DNA of 64,000 nt from a virus, in IMG/VR virus record IMGVR_UViG_3300035137_000026, positions 64,001-128,000 of that record; one strand, written 5' to 3'. Within the stretch, counting starts at the first letter, position 1; each line of letters starts with the position of its first letter. Below, one piece after another: positions 34,395-44,837 of the stretch. The translations under genes and the position numbers were made by a program. The notes beneath the pieces are model-generated. The model was not told the DNA's origin and searched no databases. It saw only the letters and a program-made list of their open reading frames with translations.

Positions 34395-37300
34395 ATGCCT
34401 AAAACTATATACGATCAGCTCCCCGAGTACCAAGATCAGACAACAGAGGCTACTCTCCCAGGAGAGAATGGTCAGGATGTGCCCGCAGGTTCAATCTATG
34501 ACCAGCTACCCAATGGTTTTGGAGAGGGGCCTATTCCTGATGAATGGGTTCCAGGAGCAAAACAAGATCGCCAGAAAGCAGCGGATTTCTTCCGTCAGGA
34601 AGTAGATTTCCGTGGCTTTCCAGATGACTTCTTGATCATCAACGATGTTGTTATCTCTGGAATTCCCACCACAGCTGTATCGATTGAATCTAGTAATGAT
34701 GTTGTTGTAGCAGAGACTCTTAGATCTCGCTCGCCAGTGGTGTCTACTAAGGGTACTCAGAGTATCATGGTAAACATCTCTTTGGTGTTTCCTCCAGGAC
34801 AAGAGCAGTCATATAAACTTCGCCGGTTGATTTCAGAGCTACAGCATCATCCGTTACTTTATGTATACAATGGTAAGATTCGCAAGTCCTTAAATATAGT
34901 CGACCCATCTGAGAATACAATCTTTGTTCTCGAGACGGCTACAATGCGTAGTGACTCCGAGCATACTGGTTCAATTATACTAGATATGACTCTACACTAT
35001 TTCAACTATAAGCCATTCTCACACCACTTCTGGTACAACACAGAATTGCCGTGGACTAAGCCAACGAAAGAACAGGCTGGTGATGATACAGAGCCTAATG
35101 AGCTATATCTAGGTGATCTCATAGGATATGAGGCATCATCTCATTCTATGGATAGAGAGTCTGAGAAGATGGCACGTGATTTGTACAATGGCACAATTGC
35201 TTTGTTTGGCGAAAAGCCAAATGCACCAGTCAATATGCCAATGGCTTCTAAGTCCTGGATGTACTATGCCTCGCATATGTATATGAAAACATGGGCTGTC
35301 AAGGAGACTACCAGTGACTACGTAGGTATCCATCTAAGACAGTATGAGTATAGAACACCAGATAGTGATGAGGCTCGGGCGGGTCGTGGTGCTATTAAGG
35401 ATATATTTAGAGAAGTGACCGAGGATGATCTGCCAAAATTCAACTACCATTATAAATCTCAAGTAGATATACCAAAGGAACAGTATGCAGACCTGACTGC
35501 CACTGAGCGACAGGCACATCATGCGATTGACAAAGAACATGCTCCGCCACCCAAACCAACTGGAATAGATTGGCTAGATACCCGCAATGAACTTGTTTCT
35601 ACATATGGTATTTCAGTATTCGCCGTAAAGAATGGTTTAACACCTGGTGTCTTGAGTCCAGTATTAGCTAATGCTGATGGGTCATATCGAAGCTTCCAGA
35701 ATGCCAGCAAGTGTAACATTCACTTTTTTGAAGTTCTGTATCGCAGCGGTTACGAAGTCTCAGTGGTGAAGACTAAATATGGAAAAGGCTATCCACAGAT
35801 TGGTGGTATGCTTCGTCAGATCCGGAGTCCTAGACTTAAGTGGGGTATTCGTATTTCTACTAAGACAAAGTCTCAGATTAATAAGATCATCCAGACTGGT
35901 GTGCCATGTGGTTTGTTAAACAACTTTCACGTTGTTATTCTGACCAAGGTACACGAGGTAGAGCATGCATCAGATGGAAGAATTACTCGTATCAGATTTG
36001 CTGGCTATGATCAAAAGAAGCTTGGCGAATATAAATCTTGGACATGGACAGACAAAAAGACTCCTGGGGGCCTAGAGATTGTACAAGCTATTCCATCTGG
36101 TACGAGACCGCCATATCGTAATCCTCTTGGCCCGATCAAGAAGAAAGATGCGGTTGTTGAATTTGTTAACAAGGTTAATAAGGCCGAGACCAAACAGACT
36201 GGCGGTAAGCAGGACGGCAAGATACTTAAGGACAATAGAAGCGCAACCAAGCGAATGAACTGGATCAAGAAGATATACTTCAACGAAGGCCTTGAATATT
36301 ATACTGATGATCAGAAAGTACGAAACGTATTCTTTAGAGATATTAGCTGTCATGTTTCTAGCGATCCGATTAATGTTGAACTGATTAACAGACAGAATAT
36401 TGTGATTGCAGAAGACATGGTAACATCTGCTGTGTCGGTAACATTCGGCAATCGCCTTGCTAAGCAAAAATTGCTAAGTCAGGATACTCATACATGGCAG
36501 TTCTTGGGTGCCGGCAATAAAACTGGCACCCTAGTCTTCACATTTGCTGGCGATACAGGCCGTAGGTCAGCTGATAATATCAAGAAGATAATCTATGAGT
36601 CTCGTCGCAATGCTAGGAAGTTTGGTTCTGTTATTCCTGATGCTGGCACAATCAAACTATCATGGGAGGCTCCAGATGGTCGGCAATCTCCAAATACAAT
36701 TTTAGCTTTGTTTGCTGGCAGAACAGGTGAGCATCCACAGAAGGATATGAGTGTAATCGTCACTGATTTCTCAGAGCAGAGCGATCCAAATAACTCAGAC
36801 CTGCACCAGCTAGTAGTCAACTTTATTGTTCAGGACTTTGCAGAAGAGAAGCTAGACAGAAATGTCTTTACTTCTCTGGATCAGAAGAAGCGTGTTCTTA
36901 GTGTTATCATGGATAAGTTTGTCTCTTCTGGTTGGGTTACACCCCAAGAAGATTATGAAGATAAAGACAAGCTTGAGGAAGATGGTAGACTTTGGTTTGT
37001 TGCTGCCAATCCAGAATATATTCTTTATCGAGATACCAAGACAGTTCGTGAGGAGTATCTTATACAGAAACACGTAGAGGGTACAGGTGTTGTCGGTGGT
37101 GGTGCTCGCCCATTTAAGATTGTTGGTAATAAAATCCCAGCATGGCTTGCACCTATTATCATTGAAGCTGTGGCTTATACAGTTAGAGCAAACGATAAGC
37201 TTCCGAGATGGGATACTACTATTTTTGATACTTTTGCCGCTGAACGTCACATGAAAGGTTATAGAGACAATAACGAAACCAAGCGATTGCCAGGCCGTTC

Positions 37301-40300
37301 TTCTTCTGGGCCTGCTGGTAATGTGACACATCCTGGTGAAGAGGTTAATGATCGTGAAGCAAACAACAGGCTGGTGGATCAGATCTTTAATGAGTGGAGT
37401 ACTAATATGGATATTGTATTCCAGAAGATCATGCAACATGCTACTGCTTCTGACTTCAAAAATCACTTTGGTGAGATCGGAGACGAACTTGTAGATGCAT
37501 TAGTGTCTCAGATGGGCGAATGCTACGATGATTTGATGCTACCGCCTACACCTGAGTATAACGTACCTCTACCACCAGACTTCTATGTGTATGATGACTC
37601 GCATGAAGATCCGGCGCTATCCACACTGACAGATGATGGCAATATCGAATTGCTTCTGCGACAGCATTTGCGTAACGAGCGCAAGTCTGTAGCTCGCTAT
37701 CTAGAGGACTATACACTCGGTGGCTCTTATATGTCTAGAAACGTAGAGTTCATCAAGTCTACTCGAGATCATTATGTTTCTCAGATGGACAACGAGATAA
37801 AGTTCATTAACTTTAGTCAAATGTTGGCTGAGGGTTGCTCTACTTGGGAGCCAGTATTTTATAGAAATACAGACCCTGTCTACAATGAAGCTACGGTGAA
37901 GAAGTGGACAGATCACGTTCTTAGTAAGGGTGGCGGCTCAGAAGATGAGAGCCGTCAGACCTTTATGGAGAATCTTGTCAAGCTCAGTCCTTATCTAGGT
38001 GGAGAAGCACGACATTGGATGGCAGACAAGGATCAGCCATATAGTGAAGTTGTAAATCAGATCTATGAAGAGAACTGGAAGCGTCTTGCCTTTGGTCCTA
38101 ATCCTGACTATCAGGCTGCTGATACTGTCATGAATGGTAATCCAATTGATCCTCAAGCTGAGGCTTCACGTCAGGCTATTAAGAAGACAGAATCGGAAGA
38201 GCAGGCCGAAGCGCAACAGAATGCTGAGACATATGGGCCGCATCAAACTAAGATGGAAGATGGTTCCATTACATTCGGCCAGAGCCAGAATGAACGAGAC
38301 GCAGCAGGTTCTGGTATCGGCGGAGCCATTATGGAAGCCTTAGGCACGGTTGGATCATTCTTCTTGGCCACAGCAGAGGCCACAAACCCTGTGATTAGTT
38401 TAGCTAGCAAGGGTATCTCGGCTCTCGTGCAGACAATGAATCACGAAGATGTCAAGAATGTATTCAAGGAAGAGAATGAAGACAACGTCCGTTCTAAGAC
38501 TGCAGCATCTACAGCACTTGGTACAAAGTGGAAAGATCTAAGTATTAGACGTGTGTTCCCTACATTTAAGATATACTTCATTGAAGACGACGAATCAGGA
38601 ACAGAGATCTTACAAGGGCGTACAATCAGAGCATTCGATGACTTTTATTCCTACTCGGCTGTACAAGAGATTAGGGTAATTCGCTCTCGCAAGGTAGCTG
38701 CAGACTTGGCTATTATTCGAATTACCAATGTCGGTGGCAAGTTGCTGCGTAGGCGCTTTGGTGAAGAATCGCAGTATGAGAAAGACCAGAAAGCAAAGTT
38801 TGGTATTGAAGCTGAATATGAAACAGGTATTTTTGCTGATACCGAGAAGGAGAACCCATTTGAGAGAATGGTTCTTCAAGATGGTGTGAAAGTTCAGATT
38901 CGTTTGGGATATGCTAGCAATCCGGACCATTTGGAAACCGTATTCCTAGGTAGCATTGTGGAAATGTCACCTCGGGAAGATGGAAAGATCATAGAGCTGG
39001 TGTGTCAAGGATTCGGAGCTGAGCTAGAAGGTGTAGAGTTGGGGCCTCTGGAGGATGGCCCAATCTTCTATTCCTCACAGCAGGTTCTGTCTGGAGCTAT
39101 TATCCAAGATAGTATTGTTAACTTTGGTCGCCGCTCTAGATGGAATAGAACTCCATCGGCTGAGCAGAGACATCAGTTCACCGGTGGTGAAGGAACTGGC
39201 ACTCTTGGGCAGGTAGGGCCAAGTTCAGTACTAAGAGCTTGGGCTGAAGCACGACAAGGTCGCATGAGCTTCAAGTACCCCTTTAGGAACTACCCACAGG
39301 ACGACAACATTTTTGCGCCTCCTCCAGCTCAGTATGCTACTAAGTGGATGAGGTTCTGGAATAATGCTTGTACCTACCGGCCGCTCAAACAGACACCGTG
39401 GCAGGTATTCAAAGAGCACGAGCTTAGACATCCAGGATATATCTCTCTAGCGGTACCATATGGTCACTCGCCTCGTATGACTATGTTCTTCGGAGCTAAG
39501 GGTCAGCACTATTGGAAGGAACCACCTACAGGACTAGAAATGTTCTTAGCTGAGAGTGCAGAGGAAGAGATCATCAGACTGCGTGGACTGAACAAGGCTC
39601 AGCGTAACCAGGCTCAGTTTAGACAGAACCTGGAGAAGATCGCTAAAGAGAATACGGCTTTGGCAAATGCTATTCTGAAGGGTGTCTCTTCATTCTCTCA
39701 TCCACTTGATGTAGGCACGAAGCTTGGTGAGATTTTTGGTCGCTACAGACCATTCAGAAACTATCATTACTTCGATTCTTCGCACCATATCCTTAAGAAC
39801 TCCATCAGCACAAACCGTGATGGTACATTCAATGAGGTTGAAGTTCTATACTTCTCAGATGAGAATGACATTGAAGAAGACGATATTGATGAACTCGTCA
39901 CCAACCTTGAGCAGCTATCTCGAGGCGAAGCTGGCCTGATGGCTTGTCAGCTGGACGAGAATATGCCTGAAGAGTATATCCGCTCTTACAGAGAAGAGTT
40001 CCCCTCTTGTGTGACGGATGACATGGCTAGACGATACGTCCAGGGTCTGTTTGCACGGCTGCTTAGAGACAGCTACAAGGGTGAGCTTATTGTTCTAGGT
40101 GAGCCGACACTCAAGCCATACGATGTATGCTATCTCAATGACTCGAGTATCAACATGACTGGGCCTATTGAAGTAGAGCAGGTAGAACAGATTTTCAATA
40201 GAGATTTCGGGTACATATCAATCATTACACCTGACATGTGTCTTGATATCAATGACTACTACAGCGCAACGACATTTGACCTAACAGCTGCTAGTATGGC

Positions 40301-40673
40301 TTATACATTTGGTCTGGACAACCCCGACACAGCATTATCTTTGGGTATGTTGGCTTCGCCTCTTGGAACCTTAGCTTGGGCTGGTGGCGTAAAGCTGATA
40401 AAACATACACAGGATGGTGTTCCTGTAATAGCTACGCCATTAGTGCTAAATGGCAAGCCTATGATGAGTGTAGCTATGGGACAGAAGAGGGGCTCACTAT
40501 TGCTTAAGTGGCATGGCCAATGGAAGCAGTATAGAGATGATCTGGCAACTGCTTGGAGTAAGTTTGATATTGCTGAGTCGATGTTCCAGGATGGTCTTGA
40601 TCGACAAGAAAGTCTATTTGGCTTCTTTGGAGCTGAGATAGGCGAATCTATACCAACCGCCGAACCTGACTAG
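34395..40673 (+). CDS. Baseplate hub (gp27/GpD-like) multidomain protein with a possible papain-like hydrolase domain
   Basis: 2092 aa. C-terminal hub-like motifs FPTFKIYFI, QEIRVIRSRKVAADLAIIRITN, VQIRLGY...TVFLG.I, QGFGAEL and YKGELIVLG. Internal KC440N...H512. Confidence 0.75.
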   Translation: MPKTIYDQLPEYQDQTTEATLPGENGQDVPAGSIYDQLPNGFGEGPIPDEWVPGAKQDRQKAADFFRQEVDFRGFPDDFLIINDVVISGIPTTAVSIESSNDVVVAETLRSRSPVVSTKGTQSIMVNISLVFPPGQEQSYKLRRLISELQHHPLLYVYNGKIRKSLNIVDPSENTIFVLETATMRSDSEHTGSIILDMTLHYFNYKPFSHHFWYNTELPWTKPTKEQAGDDTEPNELYLGDLIGYEASSHSMDRESEKMARDLYNGTIALFGEKPNAPVNMPMASKSWMYYASHMYMKTWAVKETTSDYVGIHLRQYEYRTPDSDEARAGRGAIKDIFREVTEDDLPKFNYHYKSQVDIPKEQYADLTATERQAHHAIDKEHAPPPKPTGIDWLDTRNELVSTYGISVFAVKNGLTPGVLSPVLANADGSYRSFQNASKCNIHFFEVLYRSGYEVSVVKTKYGKGYPQIGGMLRQIRSPRLKWGIRISTKTKSQINKIIQTGVPCGLLNNFHVVILTKVHEVEHASDGRITRIRFAGYDQKKLGEYKSWTWTDKKTPGGLEIVQAIPSGTRPPYRNPLGPIKKKDAVVEFVNKVNKAETKQTGGKQDGKILKDNRSATKRMNWIKKIYFNEGLEYYTDDQKVRNVFFRDISCHVSSDPINVELINRQNIVIAEDMVTSAVSVTFGNRLAKQKLLSQDTHTWQFLGAGNKTGTLVFTFAGDTGRRSADNIKKIIYESRRNARKFGSVIPDAGTIKLSWEAPDGRQSPNTILALFAGRTGEHPQKDMSVIVTDFSEQSDPNNSDLHQLVVNFIVQDFAEEKLDRNVFTSLDQKKRVLSVIMDKFVSSGWVTPQEDYEDKDKLEEDGRLWFVAANPEYILYRDTKTVREEYLIQKHVEGTGVVGGGARPFKIVGNKIPAWLAPIIIEAVAYTVRANDKLPRWDTTIFDTFAAERHMKGYRDNNETKRLPGRSSSGPAGNVTHPGEEVNDREANNRLVDQIFNEWSTNMDIVFQKIMQHATASDFKNHFGEIGDELVDALVSQMGECYDDLMLPPTPEYNVPLPPDFYVYDDSHEDPALSTLTDDGNIELLLRQHLRNERKSVARYLEDYTLGGSYMSRNVEFIKSTRDHYVSQMDNEIKFINFSQMLAEGCSTWEPVFYRNTDPVYNEATVKKWTDHVLSKGGGSEDESRQTFMENLVKLSPYLGGEARHWMADKDQPYSEVVNQIYEENWKRLAFGPNPDYQAADTVMNGNPIDPQAEASRQAIKKTESEEQAEAQQNAETYGPHQTKMEDGSITFGQSQNERDAAGSGIGGAIMEALGTVGSFFLATAEATNPVISLASKGISALVQTMNHEDVKNVFKEENEDNVRSKTAASTALGTKWKDLSIRRVFPTFKIYFIEDDESGTEILQGRTIRAFDDFYSYSAVQEIRVIRSRKVAADLAIIRITNVGGKLLRRRFGEESQYEKDQKAKFGIEAEYETGIFADTEKENPFERMVLQDGVKVQIRLGYASNPDHLETVFLGSIVEMSPREDGKIIELVCQGFGAELEGVELGPLEDGPIFYSSQQVLSGAIIQDSIVNFGRRSRWNRTPSAEQRHQFTGGEGTGTLGQVGPSSVLRAWAEARQGRMSFKYPFRNYPQDDNIFAPPPAQYATKWMRFWNNACTYRPLKQTPWQVFKEHELRHPGYISLAVPYGHSPRMTMFFGAKGQHYWKEPPTGLEMFLAESAEEEIIRLRGLNKAQRNQAQFRQNLEKIAKENTALANAILKGVSSFSHPLDVGTKLGEIFGRYRPFRNYHYFDSSHHILKNSISTNRDGTFNEVEVLYFSDENDIEEDDIDELVTNLEQLSRGEAGLMACQLDENMPEEYIRSYREEFPSCVTDDMARRYVQGLFARLLRDSYKGELIVLGEPTLKPYDVCYLNDSSINMTGPIEVEQVEQIFNRDFGYISIITPDMCLDINDYYSATTFDLTAASMAYTFGLDNPDTALSLGMLASPLGTLAWAGGVKLIKHTQDGVPVIATPLVLNGKPMMSVAMGQKRGSLLLKWHGQWKQYRDDLATAWSKFDIAESMFQDGLDRQESLFGFFGAEIGESIPTAEPD

Positions 40674-40682
40674 GAGGACTAG

Positions 40683-41114
40683 ATGCCACGTCGATTTGGA
40701 GGAAATACCCCACTGGGGAGCGAGCTTAACAGTATGGGCAGCCGCCAAGAAGGCCTTCGTGTGGCTCGTCGGCGAGTGAGATATGGTATTATCAAGGATG
40801 TAGTTGGCCGCAAAACACAACAGAGTGTATACGTGGTTATCCTCAACCTGCTGAATCCTGATGGCTCGCCAGCTGGAATCTCAGGTCCTATACCTCTACA
40901 AGAGCATCCTTCAATGATTGCGGCTAATTATGGATCTCCTGACGAGCTTGTTGGGCGCTATGTAGTGAAGGTAGAGTATATGGGTACCTCGGTTAATAGA
41001 GGCGTAGGCACAATCGTTAAGCCTATTACCGATGATAAAGAGATCACAGAACAGACAAATCAGGTCCAGATTACTGGTGCGGCATTCGCTCCACCAGGAA
41101 GCGGTCTGATATAA
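40683..41114 (+). CDS. Putative baseplate spike-associated protein (OB-fold-like)
   Basis: 143 aa with SD AGGAGG; lies between the hub and gp25-like genes; beta-strand pattern. The call rests on synteny. Confidence 0.4.
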   Translation: MPRRFGGNTPLGSELNSMGSRQEGLRVARRRVRYGIIKDVVGRKTQQSVYVVILNLLNPDGSPAGISGPIPLQEHPSMIAANYGSPDELVGRYVVKVEYMGTSVNRGVGTIVKPITDDKEITEQTNQVQITGAAFAPPGSGLI

Positions 41115-41133
41115 TACCGACAGGAGTTTTACA

Positions 41134-41472
41134 ATGCCAACAAAAACAATCAAATCAGAACCTGATGGCGAAGCTGGAATCGTTGCTGCTAAGAATGCCG
41201 TAAGGATCAATGGTAACAAAGACAACTATGTGTTGGCTGATGAGCGGGGGGTTACAGTCAATGGACCAGTCAGTTTTGTCAGCGGTTCCGGGCAAATACG
41301 CTTCGGTGGACTCTGGGTAATGCAGAACGAGATGATGCTGTCTCTTCCATCCACCATGGCCACACCAACTCCTGTAATGACCATTAATCCCCCGGTAGGA
41401 CAGCTTGCAGCCATTATGAAAGATGCTGCAGTAATGATGTCTCTGCTGGCTACATTTGCAGGTGGTTTCTAA
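41134..41472 (+). CDS. Hypothetical baseplate/spike-region protein
   Basis: 112 aa with SD CAGGAG; short beta-strand repeats; TAATG overlap with the next gene. Confidence 0.55.
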   Translation: MPTKTIKSEPDGEAGIVAAKNAVRINGNKDNYVLADERGVTVNGPVSFVSGSGQIRFGGLWVMQNEMMLSLPSTMATPTPVMTINPPVGQLAAIMKDAAVMMSLLATFAGGF

Positions 41473-41912
41473 TGGCTCAGATTTACGATAAGGTCGATTG
41501 CTTTTGGACCTCTCGAGGCGACATGATGATCGGTGGCAAGGGGGACATCCTCACCACAGAGTTTGATCCACTTCGTTCGCTTGTACAGGAAATTCAGACA
41601 CGCATTGAATCAGATCAGGGAGACTGGGTTGTCTTTCCAGCGACTGGCACCAATCTGCGAGACTATGTCGGAGAAGCAAATAACCCTTATGTAGCTGAAG
41701 CTATTAAGACTAGGATCCACGGAGCACTTACTAGAGACGGCTTCATTAACAACCGTGATATAAACATACAGTATATGCCTATTGATCGTGACAAGTTGCT
41801 TGTTCGGCTCACTATCACAGTGGCACCTACTGCCTTGAACAATAATTCTCAGACATTAACACTGAATTCGATATACAATTATTCAGATAACAATGTATAC
41901 TTTTTTGCATAG
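41472..41912 (+). CDS. gp25-like baseplate wedge/sheath initiator
   Basis: 146 aa. GDWVVFPATGTNLRDYVGE...IKTRI..AL resembles the gp25 W..YP..G..L...G pattern. Directly upstream of the J-like gene. Confidence 0.8.
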   Translation: MAQIYDKVDCFWTSRGDMMIGGKGDILTTEFDPLRSLVQEIQTRIESDQGDWVVFPATGTNLRDYVGEANNPYVAEAIKTRIHGALTRDGFINNRDINIQYMPIDRDKLLVRLTITVAPTALNNNSQTLTLNSIYNYSDNNVYFFA

Positions 41913-41923
41913 GAGTGTAGTCA

Positions 41924-43177
41924 ATGCCATTTTTTCCACGTGAAGAGAAAGACATAGTCTCTGAAGCATTACAGAGAATGAGTCGCTCTACTAATATCAC
42001 TCAGCTGGCTCCGGGTGGTAAGGCGAGATTCTTCCTTACAACCGTTGCTCGAGAGCAGGCCCGTCAGCAGGCTCTATTCGATGCCAATTTACTTCAACCA
42101 TACATCAAGTATTCTGAAGGTAAGTTCTTAGACTTCTTTGGTGACATGCTCAATCTTCCTCGGGTAGAGGCGACACACGCAGGAGCAGCCAACGAGAACT
42201 TTATGTTCTATGTACAGAGTGGTCGGTTTACTGATTTAAATTCAGGCTCACCATTTACTGTTCCTGTTGGTACGGTGGTCGGAACAGTTCCGTTTGACGG
42301 CACTACCGTTACTCCAGGTCTTGAAGTTCAGGATACTATTGAGTACAGAACTACAGAGTCTGTGGTGTGTGAACCGACAGCCTCTTATGTGTATGCTCCA
42401 GTTAGGGCCACAGTAGAAGGTGCTTATGCTTCTGTGCCTCGTAATGCGCTGACACAACACGGCTTTGATGGCTATGCACTGGCCGGCACCAACCTCCTGA
42501 AATGTACTAACAAATATGCAATTGATAATGGTGTAGATAGAGAGAGCAATGAGTCTTATCGCTATAGGTTGGCCAATATCTTTACGGCTCGGAGTCAAGC
42601 AATGTATGTCAGTATTCGTCTGGCAGCGTTGAGTATTGCAGGAGTAGCAGATGTTGTTATGGTGAATGCAGAACAGGGGCCTGGCACGTTTGCCTTATAT
42701 ATTCGCAGCATTACGCCATCTGTTAGTCCAGAGCTGGTGACTGCAGTATCTACGGCTGTGAATGAAGTGGTTGCTTATGGTATCCGTCCATTTATTTCGG
42801 CACCTAGAACTCTAGGTATGGAGATGGTTGCTGCGGTGAACTGGTCTCCTCGAGCAAGCAAAGAAGAGATTGCAATCGGTTATACAAATATGCGGAATAT
42901 AGTTGAAGAAACCATCAACGAACTAGATATTGGAGAGGCATTAAATTTGACGGACTTGATTGTCGCAATGCTAGACGTTGCTCCGAAGGCAAATAGGATT
43001 GGTCAGAATATGGTGAACACATTTGAAGAAGTATATGTACATCGATCTAATCCGACTGCTGAGAGCGTGACCACACGCAATCTTGTTTTCTCTGATTATA
43101 TTGAGCCGCTATACAATGAAAGAATTCTACTAGAAACATCTACCCGCTATCGTGGTATTCAGTTCATAACATTCTAA
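41924..43177 (+). CDS. Baseplate J-like (gp6) wedge protein
   Basis: SEGKFLDFFGDMLNLPR, GVDRESNESYRYRL, AALSIAGVADV and GPGTFALYI are characteristic of baseplate J proteins. Confidence 0.88.
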   Translation: MPFFPREEKDIVSEALQRMSRSTNITQLAPGGKARFFLTTVAREQARQQALFDANLLQPYIKYSEGKFLDFFGDMLNLPRVEATHAGAANENFMFYVQSGRFTDLNSGSPFTVPVGTVVGTVPFDGTTVTPGLEVQDTIEYRTTESVVCEPTASYVYAPVRATVEGAYASVPRNALTQHGFDGYALAGTNLLKCTNKYAIDNGVDRESNESYRYRLANIFTARSQAMYVSIRLAALSIAGVADVVMVNAEQGPGTFALYIRSITPSVSPELVTAVSTAVNEVVAYGIRPFISAPRTLGMEMVAAVNWSPRASKEEIAIGYTNMRNIVEETINELDIGEALNLTDLIVAMLDVAPKANRIGQNMVNTFEEVYVHRSNPTAESVTTRNLVFSDYIEPLYNERILLETSTRYRGIQFITF

Positions 43178-43187
43178 GGAGTCTGCT

Positions 43188-44837
43188 ATGGCAACATTAG
43201 GCACCTGGCCCCAGGATATATATTACCTGTCGTGGATGACACAGAGGCTAACCAACCGTGCGCCAGATTGGACTCATGCACGCAGATGGTCTTGGTCTGT
43301 ATTCCAGCAGATGTTGAATCCCACAGCTGCAGATCTAGAGCGTGTAAACAAGCAGTTGGTTGAAGAGCGAAATAATATTTATCTCAGTGCCACCAATATA
43401 AACCTGATTGACAGACTCTACTTTGTTGAGCTTGGTGTCGGCATGGAGTTTTCTTATTCAGATGGTGGAGATGGAATCATAGTCTTCGACACTCCTGCGG
43501 TATATGTTGACATAGAAGATACTGAGCATCAGATTACGATTGCCAAAGATAATGATATTGAATCTCTCTGTTACACAGCGGTACCATCTCGAATTGAAGA
43601 CGGAGAGATGGTTTGTTCGTATCTTGAGGTAATTCCACGGACAGAAGTTTCTGAGCTTGGTGACGTAGCCCCTAATTCTTTGCCAATTCCAGGCCATCTG
43701 TATGTCACGCTGCGCAACAATAATACTTGGCAGTATGAGGTTGTTAACAAATACTTCTATCCAAAGATCCACATCCGAGGGACTACTCGCAAGGGTGTAG
43801 AGATGGAAGAAGCTGTTCCTCTTAGATATAACGGTACTTTTAAGACGATTAATGAGTGGGATGAGGTAACCGAGGTTTTTGTTAGCTATCTTGACGCCGA
43901 AGCCGAGATCACAGTTGAGGTTCTTCCATTCGACCGGGATACACAACTGGACACACACAACCTTGTTGTGCCAGCTACCGGAATAGAATCCTGGCGATTT
44001 GTGCGCCTTGAAGAGAAGATATGGGGTAGTGCTTTAGTATCAGAAGGCTTCACGGTGAGCAGCTTTGATGTTATCCGTAAAGGCTTTGATACTCTCGACC
44101 ACGAGTGGGAGATGGAACTTCATAATACTAGCGGCACGCCTGTAGATCTGACAGCTATGGTTCTCAAGCCCAATACAGACTATATGCTAGCTATCGATGA
44201 TAACTATCTGTATGTCTACAACACAAAGCTTCCATACCCAGATCTGACAGTACTGGGTTCAGAGAGTGCAGATACCAAGATGGATCTGTGGTCTGACAGA
44301 TGGATTTATGCCAGAGGTGATTCTGTAAGAATCTTTACTGATATTCTAGATGTAAGTGTGGTGCCCTGGCGAGTCAGATGGAGTGTTGTTGACCCAGATG
44401 GTCAAGAATACTATTTACTAGCTAATGGCTCTAAGGTCTTAACTGACAGCGGTGTGGATGCTTGGATTGGCAATACTCGCTGGGAGTACGGAACTTGGAA
44501 AGAGATATATATGGATTTTCTAGTTGAGCAAACTGGAGTTCATGTAGTCACCCTCGAGACACTCTATGCTGACGCCGATAAACAAGGAAACAATGTTACT
44601 TTGACTACGAAGTTTCTTTACTATGTTCCATCAGCCACTCCAGAGAATGTTATTGAGCTTCCTAATGCATTAAAGAATGCGACAGATATAGGCTTTGATT
44701 CTGATGGCAAACTCTGGTTCTCAACTGGCGATGATATTCTGCTGGCCGATCTATACTACGACTACTTTATGGTGGACTATGAGCTGAATAGAGTTTGGTT
44801 GCGGGAGAATTACTCTTCTGTTAGGGTGGTACTATGA
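43188..44837 (+). CDS. Baseplate/tail structural protein (unknown)
   Basis: 549 aa with SD AAGGAG; follows baseplate J; ATGA overlap with the next gene. Confidence 0.65.
   Translation: MATLGTWPQDIYYLSWMTQRLTNRAPDWTHARRWSWSVFQQMLNPTAADLERVNKQLVEERNNIYLSATNINLIDRLYFVELGVGMEFSYSDGGDGIIVFDTPAVYVDIEDTEHQITIAKDNDIESLCYTAVPSRIEDGEMVCSYLEVIPRTEVSELGDVAPNSLPIPGHLYVTLRNNNTWQYEVVNKYFYPKIHIRGTTRKGVEMEEAVPLRYNGTFKTINEWDEVTEVFVSYLDAEAEITVEVLPFDRDTQLDTHNLVVPATGIESWRFVRLEEKIWGSALVSEGFTVSSFDVIRKGFDTLDHEWEMELHNTSGTPVDLTAMVLKPNTDYMLAIDDNYLYVYNTKLPYPDLTVLGSESADTKMDLWSDRWIYARGDSVRIFTDILDVSVVPWRVRWSVVDPDGQEYYLLANGSKVLTDSGVDAWIGNTRWEYGTWKEIYMDFLVEQTGVHVVTLETLYADADKQGNNVTLTTKFLYYVPSATPENVIELPNALKNATDIGFDSDGKLWFSTGDDILLADLYYDYFMVDYELNRVWLRENYSSVRVVL

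Noticed and set aside
3589-40683. Possible TAG stop-codon reassignment (in-frame TAG junctions at 3589, 6809, 25745, 40671)
   Set aside because: Code 11 already gives intact multi-kb genes and near-complete coding density, and several TAGs overlap clear SD sites of the next gene; not the fragmentation pattern of recoded phages.
41110-41115. TATAAT upstream of the 41134 gene
   Set aside because: No plausible -35 at 17 nt and the hexamer overlaps a stop codon; likely incidental.
19841-43177. Interpretation as a bacterial contractile injection system or tailocin
   Set aside because: Terminase, portal, protease and capsid genes are in the same operon, so this is a complete phage morphogenesis module.
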